DNA of 64,000 nucleotides from Elusimicrobiota bacterium (GTDB lineage Bacteria; Elusimicrobiota; Endomicrobiia; Endomicrobiales; JBDRNC01): NCBI GenBank assembly GCA_043811535.1, contig JBDRNC010000004.1, positions 1 to 64,000 of the forward strand, read 5' to 3'. Shown piece by piece: positions 22,001 to 37,000 of this stretch (position 1 is its first letter; each line of letters starts with the position of its first letter). The notes under the pieces were generated by a model. It saw only the letters and a program-made list of their open reading frames with translations, ran no database searches and was not told where the DNA came from. The position numbers and the translations under genes were made by a program.

Positions 22001-25000
22001 TTCTATGGTGGTCACGCCGCGGTCTATTGTCCTTTGAATATACTCGGCCATGCGGCCGAGAACATCGTACCCATCTGTATACTTGCCATCTGGGATGCCA
22101 GCAGTTGTTTCAACGCTGTATGCTTGCAGCACACTGTTATTATTTGATGTGTCCTTTATGGTGACGTTCGTCATCTTATGCGTATTCCTCAGCAGGTTAT
22201 TATAATTTATACTTGTTACTGTATTTTCAGTAATTTTATCGGGAGCGTCTTTGGATGTCACAATTTCAATATATCCGGAAAGCTGGCCTTTATACTGTCC
22301 GCTGCCAGCGTCCGTGGAATCATAATAGACCATATGGTCTTTTGTTGTAGTAGTCCAATAATACTGCGAGTTGATTCTGCTGAAATTGATCACTTTATTA
22401 AGTGAATCTATGCCTTCAATATTCGTGGTTTCTGACGCGATTACTTTTCCAGTGGCATCATCATATGTGTATTTATTCTGTTCGCCCGTATCGAATCCAT
22501 CCGCGTCCTGTCTCCACACGTATGTATTGCTTAGGTTGTCTCCCGAATACACGTATTCCGTGTTTTCAGTAACAGTGTAGCCGCCTCCGCTATATGACAT
22601 GAAATCACTAATCTGATTAGCTGGATTGCCGGCGTTCCCTGCCAGAGCTTGATTTACCGCAACCATGCAGTTAGCGTCTATGTTCTCGTATATCTTCTTC
22701 GCCACATTGGTTACTTTGCCGTAACTGTATTGGAAATTGGCGTCTTCATAGGTATAGAGGCCGGATGCGTTCTTTTTCACCGTGCCGGAGTGTTTAATAA
22801 CCCCCCTTGAATCATATTGGTCTATGTAAGTGTCTTCAACGGTCCATATTTCCCCGGCTTGGCCGGAACCGCCGCCGTTCCAGCAGCCATCCGTATTCAA
22901 CTGCGGATTTATCACGTTTATTGTTCTTGTATATGCGGGTTTAGTATCCACTCCCTGATAGCAATAATACGTGTCTTCAACTGATGAAATTCCGCTCGCG
23001 TCAGTGTGGGCTTTAGTAGTGCGTGAGGTCCTCGGCGACTGATAATCCGGCGAATTGGTGTCATACTCAAAGGTTGTTAAGTCTTTTTCCTGCTGGGAGG
23101 TACTTTCTGCGGAATATATATGGTTTATTGACCCGAACAGAGATGCATTTCCAATTATATACTGCCCTGCGAAGTCCTTTAATGACACCGCGGAGCTCAA
23201 ATCATTCGATACCTGAACATTGTGTGTCGTAACTGTCTCAACGCGTTTAAACAGGTATTTTTCGCCGAATTTCACAAACCCGTCATCTTCGCCTAGTACA
23301 GGTTTAACCTTTGTATATTCGATATTCCAACCGCTGTCCGCGACAGAATCGTTCCTGGTCAGCTTAATAGTTTCAACCGGCCTTCCTTTGCCATCGCTTC
23401 CAAAATTATCATCATAAACAGTAAAAGTCCAGCCAGACGTCCGCTCACCGTCAGCTCCTACGTTTACTTCATGTGAAGCGATTTCCTGGCCCGCCTGGTT
23501 GTATTCCGTTTCTAAGCGGTTTGAAGAAGAAACCCGGTTCGCGGTAAGCTTTACTTCACCGTTTTGCGCGTATTTGACATTCTTGTAATCTGCCTGCAGT
23601 TCCTGTTTTGTAAGCAGCCATGTATTCATTCCCCCTTTTTTGTCATATCCAATACCGCTCATGCAGGTATATGTAACCAGATTATTCGGCACGTATTCAG
23701 CCAGCGTGCTTTCTATTGCGCCCGAATTATTTTTCTGGAGTGCTTCCCACTCATTTATTAATTCTTTCTTGTCATTTTCATTGATTGAATTCCATGTTCT
23801 ATATTGCCCGTTCAATACAATACCTGAACCCATCAGATTCACTTCCTTATAACTTTCCACCTGCCCGAGTTTTCTTGCTTTATCATAATTGGTTTCCAGC
23901 CTTACGGTCACAGAGGTTGAATCAACAGGAATTCTTATTTTTATGGGATTAACCGTATCGTTCAGACGCTGACCTCTTATTGTGACATCGGTTTGCGTCA
24001 ACACGGCGTTTATCAGGGCGAGTTTATCATCATCCTGCAGACTGGAAGCATGTATTTCATCGCCGTTACTGAATACTAATGTCCCTTTTCCTATGGTAGC
24101 ATCGAAATTGCTGATCTCTAACACTTTTTTCATTTCATCGGATGTATTACTGTCAAACTGCAAGCCACCGAACGTTGAAGTCAGAAGCGATTTCAGGTCC
24201 GTATTGTTGCCGTCAGAGCCGAGAACCCTTGTTGCAGCAATCCAGGAATCTATCATATTTCCTTTGTATTTCACGTCGTTCATATAATTTATTACAAGAT
24301 TATATTTCAGATTTTCACAGTTCTTGCCTTGAAGCAATTCGCTTTGTTCATTCGCCGTCAGTTCGTTCCATTTAAGATTTACCACCGCGTTATCACGCGT
24401 AATTGTTAGATCGTCACCCTCAAAAGATACATTAATATAGTTTTTCATCTGGTTATCCGAATTGTAACCGGATGCGGGCACTATAGTTACCTGCGTGGTT
24501 TTCTTTTCACTGCTTTCTTCTCCAGACGGGTAACTGCCCTTAATCGTTACTGTTTCCACCGTCTGCCCCTTTGTATTGTATCTGTATGCTGTATTTTCTT
24601 CTTCCGTGTTCGTAAACGTCTTTTGAACACTATCGTCGGAAGTGGTTGTTTTGTTGTAATACTCGGTCTTGCGATTTGAGGTTGCGAGCTGATTGAAAGA
24701 ATTATAGGTCATATCCTCGGTAATCCTGTATGACTTTGCATAATCGCCCGTAATTCTTCCGCTATCATCTATCGAAACCTCATTAACATCCATTACTCTT
24801 TTCGAAAGTACGCCCTTAGAATCGTAACCAAAGTCGATCTTGTTGCCGTTTGAATCCAGGTCATTTGTCTCTGTAACCATTTTATTGCCATCTACGATAG
24901 TTTTTGTCTGTTCCGCAACACGCCTATTTTCATCATACTTGGATATCTCAGTTTTGACGTTGTACGTATGCTCAACACCGCCCGCATACTGTTCTGTTAT

Positions 25001-28000
25001 TCGACTATTTGAATAAATAAGGCGTCCCTGTTCGTCATAGCGCATATTTTCAATACTCGATTCTATAGTCGTCTTCGTTCCTTCAATTGTCGTCTTTATT
25101 TGCTTCATCGCCAGGTTTGCCTCATTGTATGCGCCCACTTTCAGATTAACCGTATAATTACGGTAAAATGCCGTATTAGCGCTAATTCCTGTTTCAACGA
25201 CATTGCTTGCGCTCTGGATCAGGCGTCCTCTTTCATCATATTGCATATCGCTCATATTTTCGCGGGATATTTTATCCTCATCAGTAGTCGTTCTTCCCAT
25301 TGCTATCGCATTCCCCCTGGCATCGTAAATTGTGTCCTTCGTTTCTACATAAGTTATTTTCCCCTCCGCATCGCCTGGAATTAGACTCGTATTTATACTT
25401 AATTTATATGCCGTGGTCTCCAGCACCTTGTTCTTTGAATATATAAGCTGCCCCTGAAGATTGTATTTCATATCCACCTGAGACACCTCAGCCGTAATCT
25501 GATTTCCTTCCTGGGTCATACGCTGATATCTTATAAGCTGATCAAGGGAGTTGTACTTCATATCAGATGTTACAGTACGGAACGTTTTATTATACTCAGA
25601 CATGCTTTCCGTTGTTTCAATGTCCGATTTAATTAGCCTGTTCTGGTCGTCATATTTCCGATCTTCTAAGGTCTTTTCAACGGTCGTCTTGCCGTCTTCT
25701 ATGGTGGTCTTGACATAATCAATCATATTCCCATGTTTATCGTATTTAATGTCATTAGTATTTACCGAATACGAGTGAGTATATTCACTTTCTATCTGGG
25801 AATTGTTTGAATCCTGCAGTTTTGTCTCCCGTATTTCTATATTGTTGGATATAAGCCGGTTATTCTTGTCGTACTCGTGGCTTAATGCATGTGTAATTAC
25901 CAACGACCCGGCATCTATGAGCGCGGCCTTTACGCTGCCGTTAGCATTCATGACTTTGGATTTTAATTCATCATCCAACGAAGCCCAGTCAGCAACCTGA
26001 TTATTTATTTTGATTTGAATCCCGGTAAACGATATTTCATCATATGATTTCAGCAATCCCCGCCCGTTGTAATTGATATTCCTGCGTGAAGTGGTGGTTG
26101 TCTGACTGGCATTGACTTTTACCTGCGCGACAGCGCCCAATTCCGCTAATGTATATGATTTCCCGTTATCCAGCATTATTGACTTTGGGTTACTGCCGCA
26201 TAACTCCTGAAGTTGCGTCTCGTCAAGTACGTATTTCTTGCCGTCAATCAGCATTTCGCTTCCTTTAAGTTTGTTTACAGCATTTACCTGCAGATTGATA
26301 TAATCATTTGATATGCTGCTATAAGTGTCTTTTTCGTTAATAACAATATTATTTTGGGTATTAACTTCATTAAGAATATTCGATGCATTTTCTATTGCAT
26401 TTTGTTTATTTTCTTTATCGTTTGCGGCAGCGCTTAAGTCATTTGTCCTATTATTAAAACCTATTCTAGATTGTCCTACTTCAATATTTTTATAATTAAG
26501 GTAATTACTTCCAGCAATTGCCTCTGTCATTCTGGCATTTCTTAGCGTATTGCCTAATGTTGCTATATTGTTTTTATAAAGACTCGCTTGCTGACAATAA
26601 TCACTGAATAAATTGGCCTGATTATAGCTATCATCACGCGCGCTCTTAGCATTAATTAGTATTTGATTTGCCTCTTTAATCAATGTATTTTCACCAGAAG
26701 TGTAATCGTTACAAAATGCCTGCAATTTCGGTATATAATTTTCATAATAACCAGGGTAAGCAATTAGTAAATTTAACTTCTGTTCCAACCATACACCCAT
26801 GTTGTTAACATCGGAGACCATTTGACCGCTATGAGTATAATTTTTTGTTTCTTGAATAGATAATTCTCTATTTGTTGGATTTAGAATTACAGGAGTACTA
26901 CCCCAACCATAAGGATGATATTCTAAACATGTAAATTCATATATATGATTGTTTTGTATCGTTACTTGCCAGTAATAAAGGGAATAATTCCATGGACCAG
27001 ATTCATGAATATACCACGGGCTTACACTCTTAAGCTTTGTATTAAGATCATTTATTTTCCCATATATTTCCTTGTACCCGTTAACATCAAATAGTTCATC
27101 ATATCGCTGTTGAATACTTCCTTCAATTGAGCCATCCAATTTCTGATTGATACTAGTATTAATTAGTCCAATTTTACTATTAACCCCATATAAAGCATCT
27201 TGTAGTTCATCTGATAACTCTTCAATTAATGACGTGTTATTTAGAGAATCAGAAATACTCCAACTTGAAAACACATTCTGAATCCTGCTTTTTGCACTAG
27301 TTAAAGTAGACTCTATGACATATCTTGTTTGACTATCTGTTACATACTTATCAGCATAGCTATACAATGTTGATATTTTTGCAACAACATCCCATAACTT
27401 TAGGTTATTAATGAGATAATCTTCCTGAGCTACTGACCCAGTTGGCGAAAGCCATTGAATTTCATAATTCGTCAATGATTCTTTTGCGCTGTTCAGCTCC
27501 ATTTCTTTTTGACTCAATATCTCCAATTTAAAATTCAAATCATTTTGCGCGTCTTCAAGGACTTTTTCACAATCAGCCTCATTGATGATTTTATCTTTTA
27601 GTATACCTGTAATTTCCCGAATCACCGCATCGGGGTTTGTTTCATCAATATTGTTTGCGTCCAAGCCGAATGTTTGCGCGATTTTCTCACATTCCTGCTT
27701 CCATTCGTCAAGCGCTGAATTATATGCGTCTTCGGCTTCTTTCACTATTTCATTCTGCTGCTGTATTACTGCAATCTGTTGGCTAAGGTCATTTGCCACG
27801 CTTGCGGCTTCAAAGAAATCCTGGTAGGTGTATCCGCGGCGTTCGGTTGTGAGGTCGTAATCAACCATCTGCTGGGCAGCGTTGTAACTGACATTTTGGT
27901 AATAGTTAATTGTCACGAGTTCTTGCGCCTCGCTGCTGTTATCAAGCAGGTTATTCATGAGGTCATTCTTCTGCAGAGGCGTAAGATTCTGCCAATTCAG

Positions 28001-31000
28001 CTCTTCGGAATTGCCAGCATTTTGCGATACGTGAAGAACGTCACCCTCAAAAGTCGTTTCTTTGTATTCTACGGCCTGATCGAGCGCGTTGTATACGTAA
28101 TTACTGCGGAATAGGTTTGTCACCTTTTCTTCTTCTACAATACGGGCGGAATATGTATCATATTTCTGCGTATTGTTAAGGTACGTTACCGAAACTTGCG
28201 ACGCAGTTACTTTTTCCTTCGCGGAGGACGTATAGGTGTTCTCAGCCCAGCTTACCGGCCTTTTATTAGTGTCATAAATAGTATTTAGACGGTACGTTAC
28301 CGTAGCGACAAAGTCGAAAGGTTTAAGTTTGGAATAGGCGGAAGACGCTTCAGTGACTGCCGGAAGCACGCAATCAGCGCGGTATTGGTCTATTATTTGG
28401 CCCGAAAGCAGACCCTGCGCGGCAGCGTTGATATCAGATACCGCGCCGGATAATTCAGGCAGTATATTTTGCATCGTTCTTACGAGCGATTGCCATAAAT
28501 CCAGCGCCGATGCAATTGACGCTTTTACAGCATTCATTAATGCCTGAAGGCCGTTTTGCGCGCTAGCAACCGTTATCGCCGCATTGGTTTCAAGCCAGTT
28601 CAATATCCTGCCGGCAAGGTCCGCTGTGGAATTCAGCATGTTCGATACGGCAAGCGTCGCGGCTGTCCATTCCTGGGTAGGCGATATAATGTTCTGGCTC
28701 ATTGCCAGCCAATCCGAGAACCTGCGCATGGAAGCGTTTAAGAGGTCTTCTTCTGCGGAAACATCTATTGAACTGTATTTATAGCCTTGTGAATCGTAAG
28801 TAATGTTATCAACTATACGTTGTACGGGTTTTTCGAGGGCGTTTGAGTCAACTGTGAATTCTTCATAGGAAGAAACCATACCTTCGATTTTTTGAGGATT
28901 TTCGGCTGTATCCGCAGACCCATAATACTTAATATCGGTACGGACGGTTGAAACTGTATTCTCCGACACCATCTTCGCGGGGTCGGCCTCATTCGGGTTC
29001 TCCAGCCTGGTGTATATCTTCTCGTTATAACCCGTTAAACGTTCATCTTCAGGTGAAAATGTACAATGATTGATCTCCTGTACCGTTGTGCTTACAACCC
29101 CGTTTATCGCCGATATTTTTCGGTTTATTACCACATAGTGATTGAGCTGACCATCTTCAGTATAGGAATCCGCGTAGTCCGCTTTCCACGTGGTATCAAT
29201 GTTATATGCAAGCTGACCGCTCTCAGAGATGGTTCCTTTCTCGGTATATCCAATAAGCTGACCTTCATTGTTATAGCCACCGTTTGCAGCCTGCCAGTCT
29301 GTTTCGGTTACGGTATCCTGATTTGTCTCAACCAGCTTCTGATGAACGGATAATTTTCTGCCGTTTGAATCATAGATTATAAGGGTATTCTCGCTGGTAT
29401 AAGTGCCGTATGATGTGTTTTTCCCGGTTTCATCATACGAGACTAGCTGGGAAAGCAGGTTATAGACCGTGTTTTTTTGTGTTTTTATGTAATAACCGTT
29501 TTCGGTATAGCCGGACTCGGTGTAGGACAGGATCCGGCCAAGAGCATCGTATGCCAATCCCTGCCAGGTATTATTAATAAACTTGCCGCCCGATATTCCT
29601 TTGTCGCTGTATCCTATCGTAATCCCGTTATCATCATAAACTATGCCGCTGCGGGTTATATTGCCGGGTCCTGTGGCCTCGGAACGCCCGGTTTCCGTAT
29701 ATCCTGCGACCCTGCCCTGCGCGTTAAAGCCCGTTGCTGTCCAATGTTTTTCATAGTTGCCCGTTGTAGTTCCTTCACCTGTTTCATCATATTGCGCCTG
29801 ATGGCCGGCATTGTCATATACTATCCCTGAACGAGTTAAATTGGTGGAATTTTCTAGTATTATTGAGCCATTTAAATCCTTCACTGCGGTTTCATCGGAT
29901 TCTTTATACTCTGTCAACTGGCCGTTGGAGTTATATAAGACGCCTTCCCATACTTTACTGCCCGATTCTGTATATACTTTTAGCGATGTCTGCGAATCAT
30001 AAATGCTGGAATTCTCCGATTGGATGAATTTAATCAGTTGTCCTTTATGATTGTATTCTGCTGAATTCCATGCAGTCTCAGAATCCTTCTTTTCAAGGCC
30101 AGGCGCGTTTTCACTTACAATTTCGTTATAGGATACTATCAATCCAAGGCCGTTATATCTTTCATTTTCCCGTTCGGTCACTGTCTGTATGCTCTGGCTG
30201 TTTGTTTTTACTTCTTTATAGTGATTTTGTTGTCCGCATATTGTATATGCGTCTTCGTAATCTGCGGTAAATGTCTTTGTATATGAAGGACTTCCGTCGG
30301 AATGCCCGGATTCATTGTAACCCGCCAGCTGTCCTTTGTCGTTGTAAACAATAGAATCCCTTGACTGCTTTGAAGTTCCGCTGTTGCCGCTTGTATCCGT
30401 TTCACTGAACGCCATTACGCGGTTCTGGCTGTCATAACTTCCCTGCCATGACTTGGTGTAATTCCCCTCGTTGGGATTAATTCCGGTTTCCGTATACGCA
30501 ATGACCTGGCCCAGGCCGTTTATGGTGTTCGCTGTCCAGCTGCGCGATGAATTGCCGCTAATATTGCTTTCAATCGTTTCTGAATAGGCGGAAATATCAC
30601 CGGTGGTTGTGTAAGATGTCCCGGACCGCGTTGTTCTGGCCTGAGTTTCCAAAATAACGTTCCCAAATGAATCCTTACCGGCTTTAAGCGTTGTTTCGGT
30701 GTAACCTGAAACAAGCCCGGAATTCAGGTAAGTTATTCCGTCGCGTGTTACTGTTGCAGTCAAGTCCGGTGAATCTGAAACATTACTTGTTTCAACATAT
30801 CCGATTTCCTGGCCGGATGAACTGTAAGCCGTGGAAATACGATCAGTCGTAGAAGTTAAGTTGAGCTTCCCGTCGCCGGATTGCTTTATTTCAACTTTCC
30901 GGTATGCAAGGCGCTGTCCCCTGCCGTCATACGTAATCCCCGTTATCCTATCTGTGGTAGTGACACCGCTTTCTGAAGAGGAGTTTACATTATCAATTTG

Positions 31001-34000
31001 AGAAATGACCTGGTTCAAATCGTTATAATTCGTTTCCCTGCGGTGAGTAGTATTAATCAGGGATATTGTATTGCCGTTGCCGTCATCGCCCGTTTTGGTT
31101 TCATTCAGCGTGAATTCTGACAAACGGCCCAAATCATCATATACCGCGCCGGACCATGAACGAGCGATGCTTACGTCCGGAGCCCCATTTGTTGTCTGGA
31201 TTTCATCATAATATTGCTCGAATCCCGCATCGTTATACTGGATATTTGAACGGGTGGTATGGGTTTCAACATCATATTGTTTATCAATTGAATATACGGA
31301 ATCCGCTTCTGAATAACCTGTCTGTTGGCCCAGGTCATTATATGTTATGCCTGACCGCTTGGTCTCATTAGTTATTCCCGGACGGTCTGACGAAACCTGC
31401 CTCTCATCATATGAAATAAGCCTTCCATTTGAGTCATAAACCACGTTCTGCCTATGCGTGCCGGTCAGCCGCCGGTATTCAGGCGATCCAGGCGTATTTT
31501 GCAGCAGGTCCTGCCGGTCATATGAAACAACAAAACCCGCGTCATCCAGTTCCGCGCTGTATGTGATTGTTTCTGTAATGTCGGGCGCAACCGAAGTATT
31601 TCTGGTTTCCTGATAACCGGTTACGTTTCCATACTTATCGTACGCGGTGCCGATGCGGTTGACCGTTGAATCGATATTTAGATCATTTTCGCTGATGGAT
31701 GTTTCTTTTGTAGTTTCATTGTACGCAATCACCTGTCCGACGTCATTATATTTTATACCCGTACGATAAACGTCATCCTGGGTGTTCCTTGTCAAATCCT
31801 GCGTCACTTCATCATATGAAGTGACCATCCCAAGCTCGTTTATCGACTTATTGGCCCTTGTGTATAGCTTATGCAGGTTAGGCAGCCCATTATGGATGGA
31901 ATCGCCGGAAGACGTTTCCTCTGTTAAGCTTCTGACTTGCCCGAGTGAATCGTAAATTGTGCTTTTTCTAACGGTGTTTATAACAACGCCCGGCTGATCG
32001 CCGGACACTATTTGATCGTCATAGCTATACAGCCTTCCGCAATCGTCATAAGTGATTTGTGTGCGGTTTATATCCGTGACCGTATTCAGGTTACCGCCTG
32101 AGACGCAGGCCAGGCCTTCTGCCGTCCTGCGGGTTGTCTCGCTATAACCTGTCATTTGGCCGAGATTGTTATAAACAATACTATTCCTTTCCGTTAAAAT
32201 GTTCTGAACGCCGTTATTGTCATTCTGGGTATACGCTATCAGCTGTCCATTAATATTATATTTGCCGTTCCAGGCAGAATTTATAACCACATCCGGATTC
32301 TCATTATTAACGGATGTTTCCGTATATGATGTAAGCAATTTCGCCGGAGAATACACCATGTTGGCGCGGCTGACATTGGAGACGATATTCAGCTTTTCGC
32401 CATCTGACCCCTGGCCTGTTTTTATAGTATTTTCTTCAAAGGATGTTACCAGCCCCAAATCATTGTATTGAGTGGAAAGCCTGTTTATCTGCGTTGTTAT
32501 CTCATGCGTGGTAAAACCCAGTATATTCCTGCCTGTCTCAACGATGGTTTGGGAGTATTTATCCTTTAAACCCCTGTTATTATAGGTGATACCGTATGTT
32601 TTCCGGTTTACGTTAATTCCCGGCGCGTCGCTGGAATCAGTCGTTTCATCGGTTTCAACTACCTGTCCCAGGTTGTTATAAACCGTTTTCGTCCGGTTTA
32701 ACGTTTCGATCTTAATAATATTGTTATTGTCTGAGTCTTCGAAAATCGTCTTCTGATAGTAGCTTTCAAGCTGGCCATAGTTATTATATGCCCCGTCCGA
32801 CCATTTAATTCGTTGAGTAACTTGTGAATCCGATGTCTTCAGGGTTTCAATATATATTATCTTCTGGCCGACGCTGTTGTACCTGACATATTCTATCTGA
32901 GATATTTGAGTATTATCGAGTACCACATTCCCTGAAGAGTCGTACGCAGTATTCCTCACGGTCTCTTTCCGTCCAGTTTCCTGCCCCAGGCCGTTTGTTG
33001 TAATATTTTCCGCCGTAGTTTCTGTAATATATCCATTGTTGTCTTTGGTCGTTTCCTTATAACCCGTGAAGACACCGGCCGCATCGTAAGTCATATCTTT
33101 GCGCTGAATTGTCACTCTTGTCCCCGGCAGATCGCTCCGCGTAATTTCTTCCGTGTATCCCAGCAGTCTCTGGGAACCGTCATAAACCATATCTGAACGC
33201 TTTGCAATAGTTTTCTGCCTGAATACCTCAGAACCTGTTCCGTCGTATCCCGTTTTTGTCACTGTTTCGCTGTACGTCAATACTTTGCCGTATTTGTCGT
33301 ACGTCATATCTCTCATATTGATTTCTGTGCTCATATTCTGATAATCCGACGATGCCTGAGTCTCGTCATAAGACACTATTTTACCGTTTTTATCATAGCC
33401 GATATTATTCCGGACATGCACTTCAATCCTGTCTATGCCGTTCCCGTATCCGTCGTCTCCGGTAGTCCTCGCTGTTTCTTTATAAGAAATAAGCCTTCCG
33501 TTAGCGTCAAATACCGCATTAGAACGGATAGTTTTTGTAATACAGTCAATATTTGCCACAATAAATACCGCTTCGTCTCCGCTAAGCGAGACAGATACCA
33601 CTTGGCCATTTATCCGGATTGCGACTGCCTTGCCGTTTAGAAGGTTTGTCTTATCATCGTCTGAAAGACTATCCCAGTCTATAACGCTGCCGGCAAACAG
33701 CAGTTTTGTCCTGGCAAGCATTTTCTCTTCTAAATTCGCCAAGTCCGGCAAAATATCCTTGGTTACGCCATACGTATGCGTTTCCTCATCCTGGCTTGCG
33801 ACGCTGCCGATAGAATCATATGTTATGTCTTTAACATTGTTAACTGTCGTTAAATCGGGCGCTTTTGAATCTACTATCGTTTCAGTGTATGATGTAATTT
33901 GGCCGTTTACGTTATATGTAATCCCGTATTTATCGGACGTTATTTTCTGCTCTTTAGAAAATATCCCGGGCTCTTTCAGCGTGGTTATGGTCGTATAGTG

Positions 34001-37000
34001 TGATGCGAGATTTGAGGAGGAATAACTACACGCATGCCATTCCGTTGTGGTTTCTGTGTCTATTCCGTCTGTTTTTGTTTTATCCACATAAGATATAAGC
34101 CGTCCAAGCGCGTCGTATGCCGCCGATGTCCTGATAGTAGTCTCTTTAACCTGGCCCGACGCGGTATCGCGCGTTGACTGCCGCGTAAATGTAAGCATCT
34201 GAGAAAGACCGTTGTACATGATCTCACTGACAGTTATCTCGTTTACGGACCCCGCAATATCGGTAGTTTTTTCCTGGTAAGAAAGTACTTCTCCGCGGGA
34301 GTTATAACAAGTGTTCTTGCGTTCAATTTTGGTTGACCCGCCGGGCGTCGCGCCGTCGTATACTTCGTCCGTATAGGCGGTAATTTGGCCGTCGCGGTTG
34401 CGGATTATATTGGTGCGTTTTACTATAACTGTATGGTCAATTCCGTCTGAGACAGTGCGGGTTTTCTCATTCCACGAAACAGGCGTGATCTCGGTTACTT
34501 CCGTGGTTTCACTCTGGTTGAGCATGACGCCGGACGGGTCCAGCCCGGTGGTTTCAACCACTTTCGTGTATTCAACTAAAGCGCCATTCTCGAGTCTGCT
34601 GTCCTGGATAACCGTCACTGTCTTTACATTCACTAATTGCCCTGAAGAGGTAACGCCTTGCGTAATTACAATCTCCACGCCGCCGGATTGCTGGTTGTAT
34701 TTATCGTATGTCTTATCTTTAACTGTCGTCGTAACCACGACTTGCGGGTCATTCGAATTTACGCATTCCTGGGTATACCCGGTCAACCTTCCCTGGCTGT
34801 CATATACAGCGTTAAACCATTTAATGTCTGTGACCGTCTTGTTAGAGTCAATAACAGTTTCTTCATAAGATACCATTTGATTTAAGCTGTTGTATTGGAT
34901 ATTGTCCCTGGATATCTTAGTTATATTTCCATGATCGCCTTCATACGTTTCTTCGTATGAAATAACGCGGTTTAGGCTGTCATATATTGCGTTTTCCCAT
35001 ATATGAGTGATTTTTTGGCCGTTTGCGCCGGTGTATATCTCTTTATAGGAAATCAGCCGGTTATACTGGTCATACTCGCCGTCTTGCCATTCTCTTGTAT
35101 AGACGCTGCCGTCAGAATCTATTATAGTCTCCTTAAATTCAACTACGTTTCCATAATCGTCATATTTTCCACCGCTCCATATTTTCGTGCTTGTTTTCCC
35201 GTAAATATCAGTAATTTCTTCAACATAATTTATTAATTGCCCGTATTCGTTATAACCCGGCTCTCCATTTACCCCGCCCGCTTTCCATTTTATTACGATG
35301 GTGTTTCCATTGCTGTCAACGATGTTCTCGGTATACTCGTTTAACCTGCCGTACTCATCGTAAGTTGCGCCGCTCCATTTTCTTGTAGTTACATTGCCGT
35401 AAATATCCGTCGATATTTCCGTATAACTTATTAACTGGCCGTATATATCGTAAACTCCGTCCTTCCAGACCCTCCTTGACTCGTTTCCGGAAGCATCAAT
35501 ATCGGATTCTTCGTAGTATAAAAGATGGCCATACCGGTCGAATGCGGCGTTCTTCCAAATCTTATATGTCGTATTTCCCAGCGAATCCGTTGTTTTTTCT
35601 TTATAAGCGGTAAGCCGCCCATATTTGTCATACTGCGCGTCTTTCCATTCGACATAGGATTTGTTGCCGCGGGCATCAGTGTCTTCTTCTATGTAAAATA
35701 CTACATCGCCCTGTCTCGTATAGGTTATGTCATGACGGTATAGCGTTGTCTCTTTGCCCAAGGCGTCTGTCCTGACTTCCCTGTAGGCGGTAACCCTTCC
35801 GGTATTGTCGTAATTCTCAACAGTCCATTTAACATGCGTGACTGTGCCGTCTATATTCGTATTGTTTTCATTATATGACGTCAGGCGCCCGAGATTATCG
35901 TATTTTCCGTTTTCCCACTCGATTGTTTTCACGCGTCCCAGAGCATCGGTGTCATACTCCCTGTAATAAACCAGCTGGCCGTATTTGTCGTATTCCGCGC
36001 TGTTAAAATCCCTTGTAGTTTTGTTGCCCTGATCATCGGTTGTTTCCTCAAAATAGGAAACCAGTAAATACTCGGGAATATCCTGCGCTTCGCCCCGTTT
36101 TTCCTTATCGTCGTCATATGCCTGATTCTTTATATACTGCCCTCCCGAGAAGTCCCGGGTTACCCTGTTTCCCAGCGCGTCCGTCGTTACTTCATGGAAT
36201 TCGGTCAGCTGCCTGTTCTCATCGTATTTTCCTCCGTACCATATTTTCTCGTTTACGTTGCCCCTTATATCCGTCTCTTTCTGATTGTAACTTACAAGCA
36301 GTTTGCCGTTATATTCCCCGTCTTTCCATTCTATTTTATCGGTGTTCCCGCGGGAATCAGTCGTCTCCTGGGTGTAGGATGTGAGCAATTTCTCGGCGTT
36401 CTTTTCCCTGTCCGGATCATGCGTTGAAGCATCTGTCCCGTAAAACACCGAGTCATCGGTGTATGTCCCGCCGTACCATTTGACGTATGTCGTGTTGCCC
36501 AGCGAATCCGTCGTGTACGACTCGTAAGCTGTTAACAGTTTCTTTGCGTTATACGCCATGTTATACGTATTGCGCAGGCTTATATTCCCATGCGCGTCCA
36601 CGATTCGTTCATTTTCAATCAGCACCTCGTTATCATCCTTAAACCATACCTTTTTGCCGTCCCCGTACAGGACATAATTAAAAAGCGAATTCTGCCCGAA
36701 TATTGAAAACACTTTATTCCGGGCATTATCCGCTTCTGCCGCAAGCTGATCGATGTTTTTACGGTGTTCAAAACCTGCCTGGTCTATATTCTGAGACACT
36801 TTATTTTGCACCTTGGCGCGCTGCCTGTCCTGGGCCTGCTCCACGCGGTTCTGGTAGTCAACGACGCCGTTTTGCTTCTTAATTCTTGACTGCACTGAAT
36901 CCGGAGAGAAATATCCGGACTGCCCCCTGTCCCTGAGTTCCCTTGTTTTTCCGTTGATTGCCTGGGCTATTCCGGGCCCGTAGGTTTGGGCAAACAGCAT

